Shown here in pieces: positions 24,615 through 34,689 of a stretch of DNA of 64,000 nt (position 1 is the stretch's first letter; the number at the start of each line of letters is the position of its first letter). A model generated the notes under the pieces. The model did not search any database, had not been told where the DNA came from, and worked only from the letters and a program-made list of their open reading frames with translations. The DNA is from Lachnospiraceae bacterium (lineage in GTDB: Bacteria; Bacillota; Clostridia; Lachnospirales; Lachnospiraceae). Location of the stretch: assembly GCA_963661945.1 (NCBI GenBank), contig CAVLDP010000003.1, positions 61,441 to 125,440 of the forward strand, written 5' to 3'. The translations under genes were made by a program, and so were the position numbers.

Positions 24615-25943
24615 ATGAGCGTTAAGGTAGAAACATTAGACAACAACATGGCTAAGCTTACCATCGAGGTTGAGGCTGAGCGTTTTGAGAAGGCACTGGA
24701 CAAGGCATATAATCGTCAGAAGAAGAGCATCTCAATCCCTGGTTTCCGTAAGGGCAAGGTTCCTAGAGCTATGGTAGAGAAGATGTACGGAGCAGCTGTA
24801 TTCTATGAGGATGGAGCTAACTTCCTGATTCAGGAGACTTATCCAGAAGCATATGATGAGTCTGGTCTTGATATCGTATCTCAGCCTGAGATTGAGGTTG
24901 AGCAGATTGAGAAGGGTAAGAACTTTATCTACACAGCTACTGTTGCACTTAAGCCAGAGGTTACTCTTGGTAAGTACAACGGAATCACTCTTACCAAGGT
25001 AGATACTACAGTATCTGATGAAGAGCTTGATGCTGAGATCGAGGCAGAGCTTCAGAAGAATGCTCGTATCGTGACAGTAGATCGTGCTATCGAGTCTGGT
25101 GATACAGCTAATATTGATTTCGAAGGCTTCATTGATGATGTAGCTTTTGATGGTGGTAAGGGCGACAACTATGAGCTCGAGATTGGCTCTCATTCTTTCA
25201 TCGACAATTTCGAAGATCAGTTAATCGGCAAGGTTGCTGGTGATGAAGTAGATGTTCATGTTACCTTCCCTGAGAATTATCAGGCAGAGGAGCTTGCTTC
25301 TAAGCCTGCACTCTTCAAGGTTAAGGTAAATTCTGTATCCGCTAAGGAAGTTCCAACTCTTGATGATGAGTTCGTTCAGGATGTATCAGAGTGTGAGAAT
25401 GTTGAAGCATACAAGAATGAGATTCGTGAGAACCTCCAGAAGTCTAAGGAGAACGAAGCACGTCGTACTAAGGAAGACGAAGCAGTAAAGAAGATCATCG
25501 AGAAGTCTAAGATGGATATTCCAGAGGCTATGATCTCAAGCCAGGTTGATAACATGATCAATGAGATGGCTAATTCTATGGCTCAGCAGGGATTATCATT
25601 AGAGCAGTACTTCCAGTTCACAGGCCAGGATATGGACTCTCTGAAGGAGCAGGCTCGTCCAGATGCACTTGAGCGTATTCAGTCAGGTCTTGTTCTTGAG
25701 GCAATTGCCAAGGCTGAGAACATCGAAGCAACAGATGAAGATGTTGATGCTGAGATCGAGAAGATGGCTAACATGTATGGAATGAAGGTAGAGGATCTTA
25801 AGAACTATGTTCAGGATTCTGAGAGAGAGAGCATGAAGAAGGATCTTGCTGTTCAGAAGGCTCTTGAGTTCGTTATGGACAATGCTAAGGAGCGCAAGGC
25901 TCGTGCTAAGAAGTCTGACGAGGCTTCTGAGACAGAAGAGTAA
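24615..25943 (+). CDS. tig: Trigger factor
   Basis: N-terminal ribosome-binding region including GFRKGKVP, an FKBP-like middle domain, and the tig-clpP-clpX gene order. Confidence 0.95.
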   Translation: MSVKVETLDNNMAKLTIEVEAERFEKALDKAYNRQKKSISIPGFRKGKVPRAMVEKMYGAAVFYEDGANFLIQETYPEAYDESGLDIVSQPEIEVEQIEKGKNFIYTATVALKPEVTLGKYNGITLTKVDTTVSDEELDAEIEAELQKNARIVTVDRAIESGDTANIDFEGFIDDVAFDGGKGDNYELEIGSHSFIDNFEDQLIGKVAGDEVDVHVTFPENYQAEELASKPALFKVKVNSVSAKEVPTLDDEFVQDVSECENVEAYKNEIRENLQKSKENEARRTKEDEAVKKIIEKSKMDIPEAMISSQVDNMINEMANSMAQQGLSLEQYFQFTGQDMDSLKEQARPDALERIQSGLVLEAIAKAENIEATDEDVDAEIEKMANMYGMKVEDLKNYVQDSERESMKKDLAVQKALEFVMDNAKERKARAKKSDEASETEE

Positions 25944-26003
25944 TATCCCCTTCCGTCATAAGATATGCATTTTGAGAAGACAATAAGTAGGAGGTAATAT
26001 TTT

Positions 26004-26603
26004 ATGGCAACAATACCTTATGTCATCGAACAGAATAGCAGGGGCGAGAGATCCTATGATATCTATTCCAGACTACTGAAGGATCGTATCATTTTCCTTG
26101 GCGAAGAGGTTAATGAAACAACAGCATCTCTTGTTGTTGCACAGCTTCTCTTCCTTGAGTCTGAAGATCCAAATAAGGATATTCATTTATATATCAATTC
26201 ACCAGGCGGTATGGTTACTGCTGGTATGGCAATCTATGATACAATGCAGTACATCAAGTGTGATGTATCTACCATTTGTATTGGAATGGCTGCATCAATG
26301 GGAGCCTTTCTTCTGGCAGGTGGTGCTAAGGGCAAGAGATATGCTCTTCCTAATGCCGAGATTATGATTCATCAGCCTTCTGGTGGTGCTAAGGGTCAGG
26401 CAACAGAGATTGAGATTGCTGCTGAGAACATCCTCAAGACGAAGAAGAAGTTGAACCAGATCTTAGCTGAGAATACTGGTAAGCCTTTCGAGACCGTTGC
26501 AGCTGACACAGAGCGTGATCACTACATGGATGCAAATGAAGCATTAGAATATGGTCTGATTGATAGTATTATTACAAGTCGATCAGATGCAGAATCTAAG
26601 TAA
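26004..26603 (+). CDS. clpP: ATP-dependent Clp protease proteolytic subunit
   Basis: [18 protein letters not shown] (active Ser) and MIHQPSGG motifs. Confidence 0.97.
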   Translation: MATIPYVIEQNSRGERSYDIYSRLLKDRIIFLGEEVNETTASLVVAQLLFLESEDPNKDIHLYINSPGGMVTAGMAIYDTMQYIKCDVSTICIGMAASMGAFLLAGGAKGKRYALPNAEIMIHQPSGGAKGQATEIEIAAENILKTKKKLNQILAENTGKPFETVAADTERDHYMDANEALEYGLIDSIITSRSDAESK

Positions 26604-26614
26604 GAGCAAGCTCT

Positions 26615-26645
26615 AGGCAACCCTTGTCATGGGGTTGCCTTTATT
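26615..26645 (+). terminator. Hairpin AGGCAACCC-8 nt-GGGTTGCCT after clpP with a weak T tail
   Basis: 9-bp perfect stem. The tail is TTATTG. Confidence 0.55.
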
Positions 26646-26686
26646 GCTATAATTGACATGAATTTTGAAGAAATTGAGGAGATACT

Positions 26687-27982
26687 ATGGCAAGTAGAGG
26701 TGAGGACAAGATTCGTTGTTCTTTTTGTAATAAGACACAGTCTCAGGTTCGCAAGCTTATTGCTGGCCCCAATGGGGCTTTTATCTGCGATGAATGCGTA
26801 GATATCTGTGCGGAGATTATCGAAGAAGAGTTAGGCGAAGATTTTTCTGATGATGTAGAGGTCGCTGAGGCGCTTGATATCAACTTGCAGAAGCCTGAGG
26901 AACTCAAGGCTTTTCTGGATGAATATGTGATAGGACAGGATGAGGCTAAGAAGGTTCTTTCTGTTGCAGTATATAATCACTATAAGAGAATTCTGTCTCA
27001 GGATGAAGTAGATGTGGAATTACAGAAGTCCAATGTACTTCTTCTTGGACCAACAGGATCTGGTAAGACTCTTCTCGCACAGACTCTTGCTAGAACTCTG
27101 GGTGTTCCATTTGCAATTGCAGATGCTACGACTCTTACAGAGGCAGGCTATGTCGGTGAAGATGTTGAGAATATTCTTCTGAAGCTGATTCAGGCAGCTG
27201 ATTATGATATTGAGAGAGCACAGCTTGGTATTATCTATATTGATGAGATCGATAAGATTACGAAGAAGTCAGAGAATGTCTCAATTACGAGAGATGTATC
27301 TGGTGAAGGTGTACAGCAGGCCCTTCTTAAGATCCTAGAGGGAACTGTTGCTTCTGTTCCACCACAGGGTGGACGTAAGCATCCACAACAGGAATTGCTT
27401 CAGATTGATACGACCAATATCCTATTTATCTGTGGTGGTGCCTTCGAGGGCTTAGACAAGATTATTGAGTCTCGTATGGACACCAAGGGAATTGGATTTA
27501 ATGCTTCTGTGAAGTCCAAGGAAGAGAAGAAGATGGGTGACCTTCTTCGTCATGTTCTGCCACAGGATTTCATTAAGTTTGGTTTGATTCCTGAGTTTAT
27601 CGGTCGTGTACCGATTAATGTGGCCTTAGATGAACTCGATGAAGCTGCTATGGTGCGTATTCTTACAGAGCCTAAGAACTGTCTGACCAAGCAGTATCAG
27701 GCACTCTTTAAGCTTGATGATGTAAGTCTTTCCTTTGAACGGGATGCGCTAGTTGAGATTGCGAAGAAGTCCATTGAGCGTAAGACTGGAGCGAGAGGCC
27801 TTCGTGCAATTATGGAAAATGTTATGATGGATTACATGTATCACGTTCCATCAGACGATTCCGTGAAAGAGCTTACTATTACGAAGGATATCGTAGATTC
27901 CAATATGCTCTTAGAGGATAAGGATTCTTCTGAAGAACCTGTACCTATGAAGAAGTCTAAGAAGAGTGAGAAGAGCGCCTAA
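26687..27982 (+). CDS. clpX: ATP-dependent Clp protease ATP-binding subunit ClpX
   Basis: Zinc finger CSFCNK..CDEC. Walker [17 protein letters not shown]. Confidence 0.97.
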   Translation: MASRGEDKIRCSFCNKTQSQVRKLIAGPNGAFICDECVDICAEIIEEELGEDFSDDVEVAEALDINLQKPEELKAFLDEYVIGQDEAKKVLSVAVYNHYKRILSQDEVDVELQKSNVLLLGPTGSGKTLLAQTLARTLGVPFAIADATTLTEAGYVGEDVENILLKLIQAADYDIERAQLGIIYIDEIDKITKKSENVSITRDVSGEGVQQALLKILEGTVASVPPQGGRKHPQQELLQIDTTNILFICGGAFEGLDKIIESRMDTKGIGFNASVKSKEEKKMGDLLRHVLPQDFIKFGLIPEFIGRVPINVALDELDEAAMVRILTEPKNCLTKQYQALFKLDDVSLSFERDALVEIAKKSIERKTGARGLRAIMENVMMDYMYHVPSDDSVKELTITKDIVDSNMLLEDKDSSEEPVPMKKSKKSEKSA

Positions 27983-27995
27983 TAATGTTAATTTT

Positions 27996-28033
27996 GAGAT
28001 ATCCTGTGTTTTCTTTGCAGGATATCTCTTTTT
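27996..28033 (+). terminator. Rho-independent terminator after clpX, abutting the engB SD
   Basis: 11-bp stem GAGATATCCTG/CAGGATATCTC followed by TTTTT. Confidence 0.75.
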
Positions 28034-28045
28034 GTAGGAGATAAT

Positions 28046-28654
28046 ATGGTTATTAGAAATGTTGAATTAGAGACGGTATGTGGAGTTACAAGCACCCTGC
28101 CAGAGAACATCCATCCGGAAGTTGCATTTACCGGCAAGTCAAATGTAGGAAAATCCTCTCTGATTAATTCACTTATGAATCGTAAGGGCCTAGCCCGCAC
28201 ATCTGCAGAACCGGGTAAGACGCAGACTCTTAATTTCTATAATATCAATGATGAGATTTATCTGGTGGATTTGCCTGGCTATGGTTTTGCCAAGACATCC
28301 AAGGCAGAGCGAGAGAGGTGGGGTCAGATGATTGAGAATTATCTCACGTCATCCGAGATGCTTCGCTGCGTGTTCCTTCTTATTGACATTAGACATGAGC
28401 CTACCGTAAACGATAAGCAAATGTACGAGTGGCTGGATTTCCTAGGCATTCAGACCATCGTAATCTGTACTAAGGCAGATAAAATCAAGAAGTCTCAGCT
28501 TGACAAGCAGCTTGCCATGATTCGTCGAGAGCTTGGCGCGGATGAGGAGTTGATTATGCTACCATATTCCTCTGAGACAAAGATGGGAAGAGAAGAAGTC
28601 TGGGATTTCATGGACCAGGTGATTGAATATGAAGAGGAAGAAGATGAGGAGTAG
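28046..28654 (+). CDS. engB: Ribosome biogenesis GTPase YihA/YsxC (EngB)
   Basis: GKSNVGKSSLINSL (G1), DLPGYG (G3) and TKADK (G4). Acidic tail EYEEEEDEE. Confidence 0.93.
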   Translation: MVIRNVELETVCGVTSTLPENIHPEVAFTGKSNVGKSSLINSLMNRKGLARTSAEPGKTQTLNFYNINDEIYLVDLPGYGFAKTSKAERERWGQMIENYLTSSEMLRCVFLLIDIRHEPTVNDKQMYEWLDFLGIQTIVICTKADKIKKSQLDKQLAMIRRELGADEELIMLPYSSETKMGREEVWDFMDQVIEYEEEEDEE

Positions 28655-29570
28655 AAGGCATAGATCGAAATATATTTTTGTGGCAGTACTTCTGCTTGTT
28701 CTATCATTTGTTGCCATCATAATAGGCTCGATAGCAAGAGATAGGAAAGCGACCTATTCTTCAGAGAATGGAGAGGATGGCCTAACGATTGTGACCTCCT
28801 TCTATCCTATGTATATCGCGACTCTTAATATTGTAGATGGAGTAGATGGAATTACGCTTAAGAATCTCTCTGAACCGCAGACTGGCTGCCTTCACGATTA
28901 TCAGCTGACACCGGAGGATATGATCCTCTTATCTACAGCGGATGTCTTTATTATAAATGGTGGAGGTATCGAGGAATTCTTAATGGATGTGGTGGAAGCC
29001 TATCCTGATCTTACCATTATTGATACATCAGAAGATGTAGAATTACTCGGGGATAATACGCACATCTGGATGAGCGTGCCTCGCTATGAAAGCCAGGTAA
29101 ATACTATTGCCAGGTCCTTGTCAGAGATAGATGTAAGTAATGAGGATGCGTATCTTTCCAATCTGGCCAAGTATGATGAGAAATTGCAATCTCTTATAGA
29201 GCGCTCTCTGAATATTTCTTCTCTTATCGAAGATACTAGAGTTATATCCTTCCACGAAGCATATGAATATCTGGCGGATGATTTCTCACTTGAGATAACT
29301 TATACGATGGATCTTGATGAAGAGAGATCTGTCTCTGCTGGAGAAGTGGCAGAGGTGATCGATAAGATCACACAGGATAATATAAGCGTGATTCTTGCGG
29401 AGGAGACCTATGGATCCAAGATGGCTGGTATGGTGCAGGAAGAGACAGATGTTAATGTAATCTATCTGGATACGTTAGTTAGATCAAATGACATGGAATA
29501 TGACAAGGATAGTTATGTTGATGTAATGAATCATAATTATGATTTGATAGAAGGTATTTATAAGAGATGA
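28623..29570 (+). CDS. Metal (Zn/Mn-type) ABC transporter substrate-binding protein, ZnuA/TroA-like
   Basis: Basic N-terminus plus a TM anchor. Cluster-9 SBP-like body. Followed by cognate ATPase and permease genes. Start is ambiguous among 28623, 28629 and 28644. Confidence 0.75.
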   Translation: MNMKRKKMRSRRHRSKYIFVAVLLLVLSFVAIIIGSIARDRKATYSSENGEDGLTIVTSFYPMYIATLNIVDGVDGITLKNLSEPQTGCLHDYQLTPEDMILLSTADVFIINGGGIEEFLMDVVEAYPDLTIIDTSEDVELLGDNTHIWMSVPRYESQVNTIARSLSEIDVSNEDAYLSNLAKYDEKLQSLIERSLNISSLIEDTRVISFHEAYEYLADDFSLEITYTMDLDEERSVSAGEVAEVIDKITQDNISVILAEETYGSKMAGMVQEETDVNVIYLDTLVRSNDMEYDKDSYVDVMNHNYDLIEGIYKR

Positions 29571-30310
29571 AGAAGATAATTAAGCCATGCGGTTTTCACT
29601 GTATTAAGATTCAGAATCTTGGTGTGACCTTCGGTGATGAGACTGTGCTTAGAGATGTGAATCTGCATGTTCATTGTGGAACATTAACTACGATCATTGG
29701 GCGAAATGGTGCAGGTAAGTCTACACTGGTTCGTGCAATTCTTGGAGAAGTGCCGCATACAGGATCCATTGATTTTCGTACTACAGAAGATGGACAGGTA
29801 AAGACCATGTCCATTGGCTATGTGCCGCAGACTATCAATATTGAGAAGAATACTCCGATGGATGTCTATGACCTGATTGCAGCCTTTCGCTATAAGACTC
29901 CGATCTTCTTCCGTAAGAAATCAGTTTACGAAGAAATAAGAGAAGCACTTCGTGAATTTGATGCAGAGGATTTGATTGATAAGTCAGTTGGTAATCTATC
30001 TGGTGGTGAATTACAGAGAGTTCTTCTATCTATGGCTGTGATGGAAGAGCCAAACTTACTACTATTAGATGAGCCGGTTTCTGGAATTGATAAGAATGGT
30101 ATGGACCTCTTCTACGAGAAGATGCGATATCTGAAGGAAAATCATGATATGGCCATTATTCTTATTAGCCATGATCTCGATTATGTGAGAGAGTATGCAG
30201 ATTCTGTGGTACTTATAGATCAGACGGTTTTGATTAATGGAACTCCGGCTAAGGTCTTTGATTCTCCAGAATTTCATCAGGTATTTGATGTGGAAGGAGG
30301 ACAAAGATAA
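29567..30310 (+). CDS. Metal ABC transporter ATP-binding protein (ZnuC-like)
   Basis: Walker A GRNGAGKST. Signature LSGGELQR. Walker B LLLLDEP. 4-nt overlap with the SBP gene. Confidence 0.92.
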   Translation: MKKIIKPCGFHCIKIQNLGVTFGDETVLRDVNLHVHCGTLTTIIGRNGAGKSTLVRAILGEVPHTGSIDFRTTEDGQVKTMSIGYVPQTINIEKNTPMDVYDLIAAFRYKTPIFFRKKSVYEEIREALREFDAEDLIDKSVGNLSGGELQRVLLSMAVMEEPNLLLLDEPVSGIDKNGMDLFYEKMRYLKENHDMAIILISHDLDYVREYADSVVLIDQTVLINGTPAKVFDSPEFHQVFDVEGGQR

Positions 30311-31110
30311 TGGATGCTTTTCAGTATGAATTTATGCAGAATGCATTTCTTGCAGTTCTTCTAATTACACCACTTATGGCAATTCTTGGAACTATGGTAG
30401 TTCATAAGAGGATGGCCTATTTCTCAGATGCATTGGGACATTCCGCTCTTACAGGAATTGCAATAGGGGTCTTGTTTGGATGTGCGGATACCACACTTCC
30501 CATGATTCTATTTGGTATTATCTTTGCCTGGCTCATTAATCAGATTAGGTTTAAGAGCCCAGCGACAACGGATACCATCATCTCCGTCTTTGCGAGCGGA
30601 AGTATGGCACTTGGACTTGCAATCCTTAGTAAGGGTGGTTCCTTTAGTCAGTATTCAGCCATGCTTGTTGGAGATATCTTAAGTATCACAAGGCGTGAGA
30701 TCCTATATCTTGCAGTTATACTGCTTGTTACAATAATATTTTGGTGCTTGGCACTGAATCAGCTTACAGCAATTAGTATTCATCCGACACTTGCGAAGAG
30801 CCGTAACATGAAGATGAAGCTAATCGAAGATTTATTTGCGATTCTGATTGCTTGCATGGTTATGCTGTCTATTAAGTGGATAGGAATACTCTTAATTAGT
30901 GCACTCTTGATTTTGCCTGCTGCAGCCAGTCGAAATATCGCAGAGAATATGCGGCAGTATCATCTGTTTGCTCTTATATTTGCCATGTTTTCTGGCATTG
31001 TTGGCCTCTTCTTATCTTACGATACGAATGTGGCGACTGGACCAATGATTGTTATTGTGGCATCGATTATTTTCTTTGCGACTTACTTATTTGGCAAGAA
31101 CAAATCATAA
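30310..31110 (+). CDS. Metal ABC transporter permease (ABC-3 family, ZnuB-like)
   Basis: 266 aa with about 8 TM helices. ATGA start/stop overlap with the ATPase gene. Confidence 0.88.
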   Translation: MDAFQYEFMQNAFLAVLLITPLMAILGTMVVHKRMAYFSDALGHSALTGIAIGVLFGCADTTLPMILFGIIFAWLINQIRFKSPATTDTIISVFASGSMALGLAILSKGGSFSQYSAMLVGDILSITRREILYLAVILLVTIIFWCLALNQLTAISIHPTLAKSRNMKMKLIEDLFAILIACMVMLSIKWIGILLISALLILPAAASRNIAENMRQYHLFALIFAMFSGIVGLFLSYDTNVATGPMIVIVASIIFFATYLFGKNKS

Positions 31111-31130
31111 GGGGATTTTTGGGGGAAGAT

Positions 31131-32213
31131 ATGATTGATGTACGTGGGGCATCGTTAAATGATGTTATTCTCGATTGGATTGATGCGACAGAGGAAGGCG
31201 TGAAATACTTCGAAGAACGTCACATGGAGAATACACCACCAGAGATGATAGCAGAGGTGTCAGGCAGTTGGCTCCATCATAATGGTCCAATCAGGGAGCA
31301 GGATGACCTTGTTAATATTGATTGCTACAACATTTCTGATACGGGCTATATGCGTTATGTTGCCAAGTCCTTGAAGCAGCAGGAGACTTACTTCTGCAGA
31401 CAGCAGTGTACAGCCTCGGCAGAGACGGAATATCATAGGCATGAATATGTGGAAATCGGTTATGTGGTGAAGGGGATTCTTCGTCAGAATATCTTAGGCC
31501 AGGAAGAGATCTTCCACGAGGGGGAGATTTGTGTCATCGGCCAGAATTCTGTCCATAATGATTATTTGTCCTATGGCGATAATACGATTCTATTTCTTGG
31601 AATGTCCAATGACCTATTTGAGCGAGCTGACATGTTTGGACAGCCATATAATAAGGCCCAGGACTTCTTCCGTAAGATTGTAATTCAGAGGAAGAAGGAC
31701 CTTAAGTTTCTTCGTTTTACACCAAGAGCTGGAGCCAGAGAAGAACTTGAGACGATACTTGCCCTTATTATTCAGGAGAATAGCAATATGCGAGTTGGCT
31801 ATATGCATATTGTGTCTGGCCTCTTAGAGAGGCTGAATGATATCCTCTTTTCGCAGTATCAGATTTCTATGTCCAAGAAAGAACAATCAAAGGTTCGAAA
31901 GCTTCTCTTTGATGATGTGGCATCCTATATTGATGCCAATTATGATACGGTATCGCTGGATGAGCTCTGCCACAGATTCTCTTATAATACTTATTACTTT
32001 AACCGATTGATTAAGGAAAATACGGGGATGACTTATTCGGAATATCTGTGTATGATTCGCTTGGATAAGGCTGCTTATTTCCTTAAGACCACGAGAGATC
32101 CGATTGAGTCGATTGCCCTTCGGGTAGGATATACGAATCAGGGCTTCTTCTACCAGAAATTCCAGGAACGTTTTCGTGTATCTCCCAAGGCTTATCGAGA
32201 GGGGAGAGCGTAG
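31131..32213 (+). CDS. AraC family transcriptional regulator (cupin sensor plus HTH)
   Basis: C-terminal double HTH (YNTYYFNRLIKENTGMTYSEYLCMIRLDKA..GYTNQGFFYQKFQERF). ATG 31131 follows GGGGGAAG; the track start 31119 is a TTG. Confidence 0.88.
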   Translation: MIDVRGASLNDVILDWIDATEEGVKYFEERHMENTPPEMIAEVSGSWLHHNGPIREQDDLVNIDCYNISDTGYMRYVAKSLKQQETYFCRQQCTASAETEYHRHEYVEIGYVVKGILRQNILGQEEIFHEGEICVIGQNSVHNDYLSYGDNTILFLGMSNDLFERADMFGQPYNKAQDFFRKIVIQRKKDLKFLRFTPRAGAREELETILALIIQENSNMRVGYMHIVSGLLERLNDILFSQYQISMSKKEQSKVRKLLFDDVASYIDANYDTVSLDELCHRFSYNTYYFNRLIKENTGMTYSEYLCMIRLDKAAYFLKTTRDPIESIALRVGYTNQGFFYQKFQERFRVSPKAYREGRA

Positions 32214-32274
32214 AATTTCTTAGTCATAATTTGTAAGTGTTTTTTGAAGACGAACCATATTAAAGTATTGCTTA

Positions 32275-32319
32275 CCGAATGATATTCCTTCACAATATAG
32301 GTATATCATTCGGTTTTTT
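32275..32319 (+). terminator. Intrinsic-terminator-like hairpin between the AraC gene and the kinase gene
   Basis: CCGAATGATAT (32275-32285) pairs with ATATCATTCGG (32303-32313), then TTTTTT (32314-32319). It ends 4 nt before the kinase SD GGAGGTG. Confidence 0.7.
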
Positions 32320-32335
32320 ATATGGAGGTGAATCG

Positions 32336-33931
32336 ATGGGGGAAGTAAATAACAAGGCTGCAATAGCAGCAGGAGAGACAAGCCTGGGGATTGAGTTTGG
32401 CTCTACCAACATCAAGGCGGTTCTTATGAATCGGAATTTTGAACCTATTGCATCAGGAAGTCACGGCTGGGAGAATCGCCTGGAAGGTCAGATTTGGACT
32501 TATCACATGTCTGACATTATAGAGGGCATGCAGGATTGCTATCGTAAGCTGAAGGAAGATGTGAAGGACAGATATGATGTGACGCTTACGACAACTGGCG
32601 CTATTGGTATCTCTGCGATGATGCATGGCTATATGGCGCTGGATCGTGATTGGAATCAGATTGCAGAATTTCGTACTTGGAGGAATACCATCACAGGTGA
32701 GGCTGCAGAGAAGCTGACTGAAGAATTTCAATTTAATATTCCGCAGAGATGGTCGATTGCACATCTCTATCAGGCTATGCTGAATCAGGAGGCAAGCCTT
32801 CAGAATCTGTCACATCTTACGACTCTTGCAGGATATATTCATCATGCCTTAACGAATGAAAATGTAGTTGGAATCGGTGAGGCATCCGGTATGTTTCCAA
32901 TTGATAGCACCGTGAAGTGCTATAAGGATTCCTATGTAGAGAAATTCGATGCACTGAGTAAGAAGGCAGGCTTTGATTTTCATCTGCTTGATCTTTTGCC
33001 TTCTGTTGCCCTCGCGGGAGATAATGCGGGATGCTTAACTTCAGATGGTGCGAGGCTCTTAGATCCTGCGGGAGATTTGCTGGCAGGAATTCCTCTATGC
33101 CCGCCAGAGGGTGATGCAGGAACTGGTATGGTTGCTACGAATTCAGTTCGCGTTCGTACAGGAAATGTATCTGCTGGAACATCAGATTTTGCAATGATTG
33201 TAGTAGATCATGAACTCTCTCTCCATAGAGAGATTGATATGGTGACGACTCCAGATGGCCTTCCTGTTGCCATGGTTCATTGCAATAATTGCACCTCGGA
33301 TATAAATGCATGGGTGAATCTTTTTGCAGAATTTTCTGAGCTTAGTGGAGGAGAGACGGATAAGGCAAAGCTTTTCCCTATGCTATTTAAGAGCGCTATG
33401 GAGGCAGATCCAGATTGTGGAGGACTCTTAAGCTACAACTATTTCTCAGGTGAAGGTGTTACTGATATTGATGCAGGTCGTCCAATGTTTCTACGTAAGC
33501 CAGATGCCAAGTTTACACTGGCAAACTTCATGAGATGTCATATTATGTCAGCAATGGCTACGCTTAAGATTGGTCTTGATATATTATCAAAGGAAGAGCA
33601 GGTATCGATTGATACCATGTATGGCCACGGCGGATTCTTTAAGACACCACTTGTTGGCCAGTCAATTCTTGCTGCTGCTGCGAATGCGCCAATCTCATGT
33701 ATGGAGACAGCCGGAGAAGGTGGCCCTTATGGTATGGCACTTTTAGCATCCTTTATGATTTGGAAGGATGATGAGGAAGCGCTGCCGGATTATCTATCGA
33801 ATAAGGTCTTTGCTGCTGCCAAGTCTACGACGGTAGAACCAGATATAGAAGCAGTAAGAGGCTTTGATACATTTATGGAGAGCTACAAGCCGACTTTGGA
33901 AGCAGAGCGTCAGGCTGTGATTCATTTCTAG
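32336..33931 (+). CDS. FGGY-family sugar kinase, probably a ribulokinase of the non-AraB (AraK-like) type
   Basis: N-terminal LGIEFGSTNIKAVL actin-fold phosphate-1 motif. About 530 aa. Immediately followed by araD and preceded by an AraC regulator. The substrate call is contextual. Confidence 0.7.
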   Translation: MGEVNNKAAIAAGETSLGIEFGSTNIKAVLMNRNFEPIASGSHGWENRLEGQIWTYHMSDIIEGMQDCYRKLKEDVKDRYDVTLTTTGAIGISAMMHGYMALDRDWNQIAEFRTWRNTITGEAAEKLTEEFQFNIPQRWSIAHLYQAMLNQEASLQNLSHLTTLAGYIHHALTNENVVGIGEASGMFPIDSTVKCYKDSYVEKFDALSKKAGFDFHLLDLLPSVALAGDNAGCLTSDGARLLDPAGDLLAGIPLCPPEGDAGTGMVATNSVRVRTGNVSAGTSDFAMIVVDHELSLHREIDMVTTPDGLPVAMVHCNNCTSDINAWVNLFAEFSELSGGETDKAKLFPMLFKSAMEADPDCGGLLSYNYFSGEGVTDIDAGRPMFLRKPDAKFTLANFMRCHIMSAMATLKIGLDILSKEEQVSIDTMYGHGGFFKTPLVGQSILAAAANAPISCMETAGEGGPYGMALLASFMIWKDDEEALPDYLSNKVFAAAKSTTVEPDIEAVRGFDTFMESYKPTLEAERQAVIHF

Positions 33932-33937
33932 GAGGAT

Positions 33938-34642
33938 ATGATGTTAGAGACACTAAAAGAAGAAGTATACGAAGCAAATCTATTATTGCCAAAGCATGAT
34001 CTTGTAGTATTTACTTGGGGTAATGTCTCAGGCATTGATCGAGAGAAGGGGCTTATGGTAATTAAGCCATCTGGTGTAGAATACGATACGATGAAGCCGT
34101 CTGATATGGTGGTTGTTGACCTTCTAACCGGTGAGAAGGTGGAAGGTGATTTGAATCCATCCTCGGATACAGATACTCATCTTGTGCTCTACCGAGCTTT
34201 TTCAAATCTTGGCGGAATTGTTCATACACACAGTCGCTGGGCAACCTCCTTTGCACAAGCAGGTAGAGGAATTCCTGCTATGGGCACGACGCAGGGAGAT
34301 TATTTCTATGGTGAGGTTCCTTGTACACGTCTTATGACACCAGAGGAGATTGCTGGATCTTATGAGCTTGAGACGGGAAATGTAATCGTTGAGACCTTCC
34401 GTGATAGAGAAATCTCGGCAGATCAGGTGCCAGGTGTTCTTGTGAATTCTCATGGTCCATTTACCTGGGGAATAAGTCCCAAGGATGCAGTACATAATGC
34501 TGTGGTTCTAGAGGAAGTAGCCTTTATGGACTACCATGCACTTAGCCTTTCTCCAGATCGCGGACCTATGCAGCAGGAGCTTCTCAATAAGCATTATCTT
34601 AGAAAACATGGACCAAATGCTTATTATGGACAGGGCAAATAA
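33938..34642 (+). CDS. araD: L-ribulose-5-phosphate 4-epimerase
   Basis: Class II aldolase/epimerase motifs: [23 protein letters not shown]. Confidence 0.9.
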   Translation: MMLETLKEEVYEANLLLPKHDLVVFTWGNVSGIDREKGLMVIKPSGVEYDTMKPSDMVVVDLLTGEKVEGDLNPSSDTDTHLVLYRAFSNLGGIVHTHSRWATSFAQAGRGIPAMGTTQGDYFYGEVPCTRLMTPEEIAGSYELETGNVIVETFRDREISADQVPGVLVNSHGPFTWGISPKDAVHNAVVLEEVAFMDYHALSLSPDRGPMQQELLNKHYLRKHGPNAYYGQGK

Positions 34643-34689
34643 CAATTACTTGTGCTATAATGTTTCTTGCTGTTAGGAGAGTAGACATT

